This document shows, piece by piece, positions 57,390-64,000 of a stretch of DNA of 64,000 nucleotides. Numbering within the stretch: the stretch's first letter is position 1; every line of letters begins with the position of its first letter. A program made the position numbers and the translations under genes. The stretch is taken from assembly GCA_902526825.1 (NCBI GenBank), contig CABZMN010000005.1, positions 5,032-69,031 on the forward strand, written 5' to 3'. Source of the stretch: an uncultured Candidatus Actinomarina sp. (GTDB lineage: Bacteria > Actinomycetota > Acidimicrobiia > Actinomarinales > Actinomarinaceae). Under the pieces are notes generated by a model. That model made no database searches. It saw only the letters and a list, made by a program, of their open reading frames with translations, and was not told where the DNA came from.

Positions 57390-58918
57390 TGTCTCGTATC
57401 GTAGTTTCTCCACATAATCTTTCAACTAAAACAGGAATAAAAATTCTTAAAAATGGTGGGAACGCTGTTGATGCTGCGATAAGTACCAATATTGTTCAAG
57501 GTGTTGTAGCTCCTGAGACTTGTGGAATAGGAGGTGATTTATTTTCATTAATCTGGATTGATGGTGAGAACACTCCTTATTGTTTAGATTCATCAGGATA
57601 TGCTGGATCAAATGTAGATATCTTAAAACTATCATCTCAAGAAAGTATTCCTTTAGATCATCCTATGTCAGTAACTGTGCCAGGAGCGGTTAAAGGATGG
57701 TTTGATATGCATGAACAATTTGGGAAATTAAGTATTGATGAGATTTTTAAACATGCGATTGAGATATGTGATAAAGGTTTTGAAGTATCAACTGAATTAC
57801 ATCATTCTCTATCATTACATAAAGATACTTTAATTAAACAAGAGTCAGGTGCGGAATTATTTCCTGATGGTAAAACACCAGAAATAGGTGAAATTATTAA
57901 AAGAACCTTGCTTGGTAAAACTTTAAAACGTTTAAGTATTGATGGTCCTGAATATTTTTACACAGGGTTAGTTGCTAAGAAAATTTCGGAATCTCTTAAT
58001 AATGTAGTTACTGAAAACGATTTAAGATCTTTTGAATCAAAGTGGATAAAACCATTATCAATTGATGTTTACGGTAAAACAGGCTGGGTTACTCCTCCTC
58101 ACACACAAAGTTATCTAACACTTGGAACTTTAAAAATTTATGAACTTCTAGATGATGGATCAGATAATATTGATCTTCACACACTTATTGAGTCATATAG
58201 AGCAATTGCATCTGAAAGAGATGACATTACTTATGATTATGCAGAAAATATAGATCAATTTATTGGTCTTAATCTTGGATATCTTAAAAATCTTTCAAAT
58301 CAAATACATAAAGATAAAACTTCAATATTTGCAAAACCAGAAAAACTAGGTGGTGGTACGGCATACATGTGCACTAAAGATAAAGATGGAAATGCAGTAT
58401 CACTAATACAATCTAATTATTACGGAGTTGGAAGCACAATTGGTGTAGGTGATTATGGTTTTTTTCTACACAACAGAGGAGCTGGTTTTAATTTATTACA
58501 AAATCATCCAAATTCATTAAAGCCAGGAAGAAAACCACTTCATACATTATCTCCAACCATGTGGAGTGTAGATGGAAATCTAGATATGGTCATAGGTACA
58601 AGAGGTGGAAGATATCAACCACAATTATTAAGTCATTTTATTTTAAAAATTCTTAAAGATGAAAATATAGAAAATGCAATGATGTCACCAAGATGGAATA
58701 TTGATGAATTTGGAAAAGAAACTGTATCTGAAATAAATATTGAACCTGGGTTAGATAAAAAAATTACTGATGAATTAGTTAATAAAGGGCATAAAGTTAA
58801 TCAACTTGCAGAATTACAAAATAGCTATGGACCTATATCGGCAATAGTTAAAACTAAAGATAGTTGGAAAGCTACACATGACCCAAGAGTTGATACTGCT
58901 AGTTCTATAATTGATTAG
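57389..58918 (+). CDS. ggt: gamma-glutamyltransferase family protein (no signal peptide)
   Basis: 509 aa. NAVDAAIS...GIGGD and the autoprocessing site GGG-TAYMCTKDKDGNAV (compare E. coli GGT ...TTHYSVVDKDGNAV). The N-terminus is not signal-like. Confidence 0.88.
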   Translation: MSRIVVSPHNLSTKTGIKILKNGGNAVDAAISTNIVQGVVAPETCGIGGDLFSLIWIDGENTPYCLDSSGYAGSNVDILKLSSQESIPLDHPMSVTVPGAVKGWFDMHEQFGKLSIDEIFKHAIEICDKGFEVSTELHHSLSLHKDTLIKQESGAELFPDGKTPEIGEIIKRTLLGKTLKRLSIDGPEYFYTGLVAKKISESLNNVVTENDLRSFESKWIKPLSIDVYGKTGWVTPPHTQSYLTLGTLKIYELLDDGSDNIDLHTLIESYRAIASERDDITYDYAENIDQFIGLNLGYLKNLSNQIHKDKTSIFAKPEKLGGGTAYMCTKDKDGNAVSLIQSNYYGVGSTIGVGDYGFFLHNRGAGFNLLQNHPNSLKPGRKPLHTLSPTMWSVDGNLDMVIGTRGGRYQPQLLSHFILKILKDENIENAMMSPRWNIDEFGKETVSEINIEPGLDKKITDELVNKGHKVNQLAELQNSYGPISAIVKTKDSWKATHDPRVDTASSIID

Positions 58919-58934
58919 ATAACGAAGGAGAAAA

Positions 58935-59309
58935 ATGCAATTACATAATAACAGTGGAAACATAACAGTAATTATTGATGTGTCATTCGATGACAAAGAT
59001 ATGTTTATGGATTTCATATTAAATGAACAATGCCAGTTTATTGATAGTGTGGATCCCGAAGGATTGATTAAGTTTGAATGGTTTCTTGATGAAGATTCCA
59101 ACACAGGAACTTTGGTTGAGGTTTTTGAGAAATCAGATAATTTTCAAGGGTTAGCTGGAAAAGTAATGGGCACACCGGTTAATTTGAAATTCCGCGAAAT
59201 TGCAAATATTGAAAAAATGACAGTTCTTGGTGATGTATCAAGTGAGTTGATGGAAAACCTTGCACCCATGAATCCAGTATCAAAAAGATACAAAGGTGGG
59301 CTTAGTTAG
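58935..59309 (+). CDS. hypothetical protein, possibly ABM/dimeric alpha-beta-barrel fold
   Basis: 124 aa, preceded by a good SD (gaaggag). The pattern ITVIIDVSF...GLIKFEWFLDEDSNTGTLVEVFEKSDNF loosely resembles ABM-domain proteins. Weak call. Confidence 0.4.
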   Translation: MQLHNNSGNITVIIDVSFDDKDMFMDFILNEQCQFIDSVDPEGLIKFEWFLDEDSNTGTLVEVFEKSDNFQGLAGKVMGTPVNLKFREIANIEKMTVLGDVSSELMENLAPMNPVSKRYKGGLS

Positions 59310-59565
59310 TTTTTGATTTCTCTTTAACTATTAAAAACAAAATTAAACCGGTAAAAAAAGTAGTGAGAAAATTAGTAACAATTAAAGGAACATCAGATAA
59401 TACTATTCCATAACTAAACCAAGATAGCGACCCAAGAAACAAGAATAAATAAGTAAGAGCTGACAATCCGTTTACTTCACGTGTTTTTAAGGTTTTAATT
59501 GCTTGTGGCAAAAAAGATACAACAGTAAAAAAAACAGCAAAATATCCAATGAATAAAAAATTCAT
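59302..59565 (-). CDS. SemiSWEET (PQ-loop) transporter
   Basis: 87 aa with three TM helices. The PQ motif lies in the first helix (VVSFLPQAIKTLKT). Size and topology are typical of bacterial SemiSWEETs. Confidence 0.7.
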   Translation of the reverse strand: MNFLFIGYFAVFFTVVSFLPQAIKTLKTREVNGLSALTYLFLFLGSLSWFSYGIVLSDVPLIVTNFLTTFFTGLILFLIVKEKSKTN

Positions 59566-59612
59566 TTTTTAATTTTATTAACAAAAACGAATGCAAGTAT
59601 GGAAAAAATTTT

Positions 59613-60980
59613 TTATTTATTTTTAAAATTTACTAATTTTGAAAGTGGTTCAGTTGGAAAGAATCCAGGTGGTGGTGGGTCGTCAACATTGCCTTCTCTC
59701 ATAAAATTATTAAAATCAGTATAAAAATCATCTAGAGTCATTCCTACATTTTTTTCAAATGATTCAGGAAAACTAGTCTCATAAGAATCTTCTAGTATTT
59801 CAAAAAACATTGTTTCGAATGATGTTATGTAGGCGAGATACATATTTACAATAAAACCACCCGCTACACCACAAGACCACGTAGATCTACTATCTTCAAG
59901 ACTACTCATTTCACGACATTTAACATCGCCTTTATCATATGTACCTTGCCCCATAATATGTCGTTTTACTTCGTAATATTCACCTTCCCAATCGCATTGA
60001 ACATTGCTGCAGATTTCATCTGGAAGGCTTTGATCATGACCTCTTCTTTCAGGTTGTGGGTAATTGTTATCAATAGTTAAAGATAAATCATCATACACCT
60101 CTCTCAAGAGGAGTTTTGGAAATATATTTGCAGCACCTTCTGTATGCCATGCACCTACATTTATATGTTTGTAACCATCCCAACTATCTGTATCCATGCC
60201 CATAGTGCGATCATATGTGAATTTTCTCTGATAATGATGAAAATATTCATGTGCCCAACCAAACATTAAATCGTAATATGAAAGGGTTTTATCTTTATCA
60301 TTTGCAATCCAGGGTGTATATAAAAAGGGATCAGGTTGGTTACAAAATGAATATTCATTTATTCCCGAATCTAAATTATTAAACAAGAAGAAACCACTCA
60401 AACAACTTCGATCATCGAAAAAGTCTTCGACAGTGTTTGTTGTTCTTCCATAAACACCTATTTGATTTAATATTTCGAGTGCATCTGTGTTTTCTTCATC
60501 ATTTTTTGAATATACATAATGTACATAACGATCATAAGCTCCGAGATAATCAAATAAAATATTATGAAATTCACTATGTTGTTTTATAAATTCATCAGAA
60601 ATACCATCTGAAAAAAGAAAACAAATTTCTGCATCTTCAAAACTTTTAGGCTTATCCCAACCAATCTCTTCGAAATGCTGTTTTACCGGTATATCTATAG
60701 ATTGAATATATTCTCTAATTTTGCAATTGGCGTTTCTTTTATTTTCATTAACCTGAAATGGCAAATTAGAATATTCAATTGCATTTACTTCATTTGATTC
60801 TTGAGATTGCGTAGTGGTTGTTGAAGGTGCAACAGTAGTAGTTGTTGAAGGTGCAACAGTAGTAGTTGTTGTTGTAGTGTCTTGAGATTCCGTAATAGTT
60901 GTAGTGCTTTCATCCTCTATTGTTACTAAATTACCTCCACAGAAAGAGATTAATAAAATTAATATAATTGATTTTTTCAT
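59613..60980 (-). CDS. lipoprotein, putative gluzincin metallopeptidase (unrecognised family), paralog of 62304..63503
   Basis: 455 aa. Lipobox LLISFCGGN and a Thr-rich linker with 2 x VAPSTTTT. GWAHEYFHHYQ (HExxH) followed about 30 aa later by AWHTEGAANIF. Conserved C-terminal DDPPPPGFFPTEPLSKLVNF. Confidence 0.6.
   Translation of the reverse strand: MKKSIILILLISFCGGNLVTIEDESTTTITESQDTTTTTTTVAPSTTTTVAPSTTTTQSQESNEVNAIEYSNLPFQVNENKRNANCKIREYIQSIDIPVKQHFEEIGWDKPKSFEDAEICFLFSDGISDEFIKQHSEFHNILFDYLGAYDRYVHYVYSKNDEENTDALEILNQIGVYGRTTNTVEDFFDDRSCLSGFFLFNNLDSGINEYSFCNQPDPFLYTPWIANDKDKTLSYYDLMFGWAHEYFHHYQRKFTYDRTMGMDTDSWDGYKHINVGAWHTEGAANIFPKLLLREVYDDLSLTIDNNYPQPERRGHDQSLPDEICSNVQCDWEGEYYEVKRHIMGQGTYDKGDVKCREMSSLEDSRSTWSCGVAGGFIVNMYLAYITSFETMFFEILEDSYETSFPESFEKNVGMTLDDFYTDFNNFMREGNVDDPPPPGFFPTEPLSKLVNFKNK
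60817..60864 (-). repeat. 2 x 24-bp in-frame tandem repeat
   Basis: gttgttgaaggtgcaacagtagta occurs twice in perfect tandem and encodes VAPSTTTT twice in the linker. Confidence 0.9.
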
Positions 60981-61027
60981 TAAATTTATTTTATATAAAT
61001 ATATTTAATTTATGTGATTCAAAATAT

Positions 61028-61059
61028 AAAAAAGAGTCCAGTTTCCTGAACTCTTTTTT
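61028..61059. terminator. bidirectional intrinsic terminator-like hairpin
   Basis: AAAAA-AGAGTCCAG-tttc-CTGAACTCT-TTTTT gives 8 of 9 stem pairs flanked by A5 and T5. Lies about 80 nt downstream of the 61141..62304 stop. Confidence 0.6.
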
Positions 61060-61140
61060 GAGGTAACAGGCTTATTACCTAATCAAATCTTACACTAAAT
61101 TTTTATAAATTAGGACTAAAATATCTAAAATATCTAAAAT

Positions 61141-62304
61141 TTAAGATTTAAAAAGATTTGTAATAACCATACTTACATATTCTGCGAAGATAGGTTTTGC
61201 GTCATTCCATGATATGTCGTAAATAATCTCGAAAGCTTCTTCAAACTCTTTACCATTTGCCATTATGGAATACATATGCATACCAGAATCAGCACCAGAC
61301 ATAGCATTCATAGCTTCAACAGTTAGGTAACCAATTGAATACCCAAGAACATAGTCAGGATTTTTAATACAAAGTCCAGGAATACTCTTGTTGTAATAAT
61401 CTAAAACTGCAGAAGCTGAGTAGTCATTAAATGGAGCTTGAATATGCCTAACCCTTACTTGTGCTGATCTCATGTCTAAATATTCAACATAACTATCAAC
61501 TCCAAGAGATATTCCAGCTGCATGAGCAATTCCTTCATTTAACCAACAAGGTGAAGCATCATTTGCACTCTGTTGTGGATTTCTAGCGTTACCAATCCAT
61601 TGAGATGCAACAACTGAATGTGTTACTTCATGAATATGTAGAGGACCGTATCTATATATATCTATAGAATCTCCATCACTAATTCCAAATACACCAACTC
61701 CGAAATGAGGTGGTCTTTGATAAATACCTGAATTAGCTCCGGTACAAATATCATCACGACATGGAGCTCTAGCCATACCTCCTTCAAAACCTGAAGAATT
61801 TAATTCATTAACAGCCCAATCTAGGTCGTCATAGTTATAGAAGAATCCGTAATACTTTTCTGGCAGATTAAAGTTTTGCCAAAAACTAATACCTTTTTGA
61901 ATATATTGCTCATTATCTAAAAAGTACAGAGAAGTAGAAGGACCAACATTTAATATGATTTCAAAAGAATTATTTTCAAATATATTATTTTCAGTAACTA
62001 TTCTTTGGTAATCATTCCATGCAAATTTTGGGATGTTATCAAGATTTGATATCAATTCAGTAATAGTTACATACTCACAGTCATCACATTTGTTCTTTAC
62101 AACATTGCTTGCTGACGAGCCTGCAATAGTTGTTGTTGTGTCTGCAATAGTGGTTGTTGTGTCTTCAATAGTTGTTGTTGTGTCCTGTTCGTTATTATTT
62201 GATGTGTCCTGAACTACAGACACTTGATCCTGAGAATTACCACAACCAAAAATAAAAAATGGAAAAATTAAATAACAAAGTTTTTTATATTGTTTTATAA
62301 ACAC
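61141..62304 (-). CDS. lipoprotein, putative gluzincin metallopeptidase (M1-like HExxH...WLNEG motif)
   Basis: 387 aa. Lipobox FIFGCGN and 3 x DTTTTI[EA] linker. LHIHEVTHSVV, then CWLNEGIAHAAG about 30 aa downstream, resembles the HExxH-WLNEGFA arrangement of MA(E) peptidases. Confidence 0.6.
   Translation of the reverse strand: MFIKQYKKLCYLIFPFFIFGCGNSQDQVSVVQDTSNNNEQDTTTTIEDTTTTIADTTTTIAGSSASNVVKNKCDDCEYVTITELISNLDNIPKFAWNDYQRIVTENNIFENNSFEIILNVGPSTSLYFLDNEQYIQKGISFWQNFNLPEKYYGFFYNYDDLDWAVNELNSSGFEGGMARAPCRDDICTGANSGIYQRPPHFGVGVFGISDGDSIDIYRYGPLHIHEVTHSVVASQWIGNARNPQQSANDASPCWLNEGIAHAAGISLGVDSYVEYLDMRSAQVRVRHIQAPFNDYSASAVLDYYNKSIPGLCIKNPDYVLGYSIGYLTVEAMNAMSGADSGMHMYSIMANGKEFEEAFEIIYDISWNDAKPIFAEYVSMVITNLFKS
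62122..62184 (-). repeat. 3 x 21-bp in-frame tandem repeat
   Basis: Units are tgcaatagttgttgttgtgtc / tgcaatagtggttgttgtgtc / ttcaatagttgttgttgtgtc, encoding DTTTTI[A/E]. Confidence 0.9.
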
Positions 62305-63503
62305 TAGGCATCAGCATACTTAAAAAAATTAACTACTTCAGAAATTGGTTTATCAGGAAAAAAGCCATCGGGTGGTGGATCATTTGGGTCACCCTCCCTC
62401 ATGAATGAATTAAATTTATCAAAAAATTCATCAGTTGTCATATTTGTATGTTTTTTAAAAGAACCTTCAAAACTAAGTTCATAAATATCTTTTGGAATAT
62501 CTACCCAAACAACTTCATAAGAAGTCAGATATGCGAGATATGCATTTGCTATTCCTATAAAACAAAATCCAGAAGTATCATAGCTAATATCTAATTTAGA
62601 AAACATATAATTATTACAACGGTCATCTGGATGCGATTGACCCTGAGCAGCTTTTTTTGCATTTTTATACCACTCATCCAAATTAATTCCTTCTACGTTG
62701 ACGTCATCAAATGATGATCCTTCAAAAAGAGTGATGTTTTGCCAAGATTGGTTTAACCATATATTTGGAAATACTATTGCAGCTCCTTCAATCCACCAAA
62801 CTGGTGTATCGACAGAATCTAGATTTCCCATATTTAATTCATAATGAAATGCTCTCTGATATCGATGAAAATACTCATGAGCCCATCCATGATAAATTAC
62901 TGCTCTTCTTTCTAGAAGTGGGCTACCCCATTCTCTTGTTTCATGTGGATACTCTATGAATTCATAATCCATTATGCAGAGTGAATATGGATCTGGAGGA
63001 AATACTTGCCACATACCTGAACCTGTAAGACATCCTGCACCGACTAAATAACCGTCTATAATGTTTAATTCCTGATCCCAATGTATCTCTTTTAATTTAT
63101 CAAACACTGGCTGTGAAAATTCATTTGTAGTAGTTACAACTGTCACGTATCTATTATATGCTCCAATGATGTCATTTAGCATTGAGTGAATTTCATAATA
63201 TTCATCGATAACTGTTTGTGGAACATCAGTAGCTACAACAATTTCTTGTGAGAAGTCTTTTTGAGGTTTGTCATATTCAACAGCAATGTAATGACATTTA
63301 TGTACTTCTGTTTTAGCTGAACAACTATCTGAAGATTTTGTATTTTCTGATTCATTATCCTCAGTCGCATCAGTTGGAGTAACTTCAGCAACAATTGTAT
63401 CTTTTACAATATTGTCAGATGAATCTTGCGAATCCACAATCTCATCTTGTGCTCCGCTACATGTAATTAACAAAAGAAATAAAAATAATGAAGTTTTTTT
63501 CAT
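62304..63503 (-). CDS. lipoprotein, putative gluzincin metallopeptidase (unrecognised family), paralog of 59613..60980
   Basis: 399 aa. Lipobox LLLITCSGA and an acidic linker. GWAHEYFHRYQ, WWIEGAAIVF and C-terminal NDPPPDGFFPDKPISEVVNF. Its stop shares 1 nt with the start of the next gene. Confidence 0.6.
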   Translation of the reverse strand: MKKTSLFLFLLLITCSGAQDEIVDSQDSSDNIVKDTIVAEVTPTDATEDNESENTKSSDSCSAKTEVHKCHYIAVEYDKPQKDFSQEIVVATDVPQTVIDEYYEIHSMLNDIIGAYNRYVTVVTTTNEFSQPVFDKLKEIHWDQELNIIDGYLVGAGCLTGSGMWQVFPPDPYSLCIMDYEFIEYPHETREWGSPLLERRAVIYHGWAHEYFHRYQRAFHYELNMGNLDSVDTPVWWIEGAAIVFPNIWLNQSWQNITLFEGSSFDDVNVEGINLDEWYKNAKKAAQGQSHPDDRCNNYMFSKLDISYDTSGFCFIGIANAYLAYLTSYEVVWVDIPKDIYELSFEGSFKKHTNMTTDEFFDKFNSFMREGDPNDPPPDGFFPDKPISEVVNFFKYADA

Positions 63504-63509
63504 ATTGAG

Positions 63510-63929
63510 TTAATTATACTCACCATTTTTAAATCTCTCGACAGGTGTAATATCTAGATCTCTTTGAAATTGAACATAACTTACAATCTCTGGATTTTCA
63601 AATTCATATACAGTGTTATCTTTAGTAAATAAATTTGTCATCAGTCTTAAAAATCCATTTAATTCTGATGCGGTTATATCTCCATCTGAAATTTTCTTGT
63701 AATATGCATTAATTACTTTTGCAGCCAAATTATGCATTCTTGCTATAAGTGAATTGTGATAAATATTTCTTATCTCATTGATAACGCCTTTACATTGGGG
63801 AGTTTGAAGTCTTCTATAAACAGTAGATCTATTTAGCCCTAATGCTTTGGCAATTTGTGGATTGGATAAGCCTTCTACGTGTAGTTCAGCTATTCTAAAG
63901 TCTTTATTATCTGGTTTAATCTCTTCCAT
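63510..63929 (-). CDS. small helix-turn-helix protein (resolvase/terminase-small-subunit-like HTH)
   Basis: 139 aa. N-terminal FRIAELHVEGLSNPQIAKALGLNRSTVYRRL is a clear HTH of the HTH_7/HTH_23/LuxR-like kind. The remainder is helical. Ends 6 nt before the first peptidase gene. Confidence 0.55.
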   Translation of the reverse strand: MEEIKPDNKDFRIAELHVEGLSNPQIAKALGLNRSTVYRRLQTPQCKGVINEIRNIYHNSLIARMHNLAAKVINAYYKKISDGDITASELNGFLRLMTNLFTKDNTVYEFENPEIVSYVQFQRDLDITPVERFKNGEYN

Positions 63930-64000
63930 ATAGATAATTTTAACAGTTGAAATCGTCGTTGGTTTTAGTGGTATGTATGGGGTGAAAGATAAGAGGGTTC

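Noticed and set aside
61116-61140. A short direct repeat, ctaaaatat x ~2.8, just downstream of the 61141..62304 stop.
   Set aside because: It is very short, AT-rich low complexity and is not repeated elsewhere in the window. It is most likely slippage noise rather than a binding site.
59613-63929. Calling the HTH plus peptidase block a prophage remnant or integrative island.
   Set aside because: No integrase, recombinase catalytic domain, phage structural gene, flanking direct repeats or tRNA is visible within the window. It is kept only as a hypothesis to test with flanking sequence.
63930-64000. Possible tRNA or att site at the right window edge. The plus strand ends in ...agagggttc, and the minus strand would begin GAACCCTC, like part of a T-arm.
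   Set aside because: No cloverleaf fits. On the plus strand the candidate D-stem does not pair, and the distance from the AGTGGTA-like string to GGGTTC is about 9 nt too short. On the minus strand the implied acceptor stem would be TATCTTT with no support. The rest lies outside the window.

Overview
The window is AT-rich (roughly one third G+C by eye) and very densely coded. I call about 70 CDS. Most neighbouring genes are separated by 0-20 nt or share start/stop overlaps of the ATGA or TAATG type. I found no rRNA, tRNA, CRISPR array, transposase or integrase.

All product calls come from reading motifs in the supplied translations by eye. No database search was run.

Positions ~580-36249 form one uninterrupted minus-strand array of housekeeping genes. 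Its order fuses three gene blocks that are conserved in Actinobacteria:
- thrS, pgsA, acyltransferase, pimA, pdxS, pdxT, yebC ... yajC, secD, secF, rel, hisS, aspS, alaS, ruvX, mltG, efp, nusB
- mihF, gmk, rpoZ, coaBC, priA, def, fmt, rpe, ribD, ribE, ribBA, ribH
- infC, rpmI, rplT, pheS, pheT

This synteny, together with mIHF, the phosphatidylinositol-mannoside genes and two F420-type LLM oxidoreductases, points to a streamlined low-GC marine actinobacterium (Acidimicrobiia or Candidatus Actinomarinales-like). That assignment is an inference.

Positions 36.3-64 kb have mixed strands and look more accessory. They contain:
- glycine cleavage genes (gcvH, gcvT, gcvPA, gcvPB) fused into a long operon with a GH1 glycosidase, an SDR, an ALDH-like protein, a PQQ-type sugar dehydrogenase lipoprotein and two DUF3048 lipoproteins
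- glpK, a TauE/SafE permease and a SemiSWEET
- a cluster of a PanB-like protein, a small ORF and a signal-less gamma-glutamyltransferase
- at the right edge, an HTH gene followed by three lipoprotein HExxH...E (gluzincin) peptidases of unrecognised family

The most notable observations are:
1. A small Hjc/YraN-like PD-(D/E)xK nuclease sits exactly where actinobacterial ruvC-ruvA-ruvB normally lies. No RuvABC is present in the window.
2. The HTH plus three-peptidase cluster.
3. A PriA homologue with decayed Walker A and DEEH motifs and no zinc-binding cysteines.
4. A PanB-fold protein that lacks the metal and catalytic residues, coupled through an unannotated 45-codon ORF to a cytoplasmic GGT.
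5. A G12 homopolymer inside the permease gene.
6. In-frame Thr-rich tandem repeats in secreted lipoproteins.
7. A terminator-like hairpin crossed by a 12-codon uORF that ends in an ATGA overlap with the SD-less infC start.
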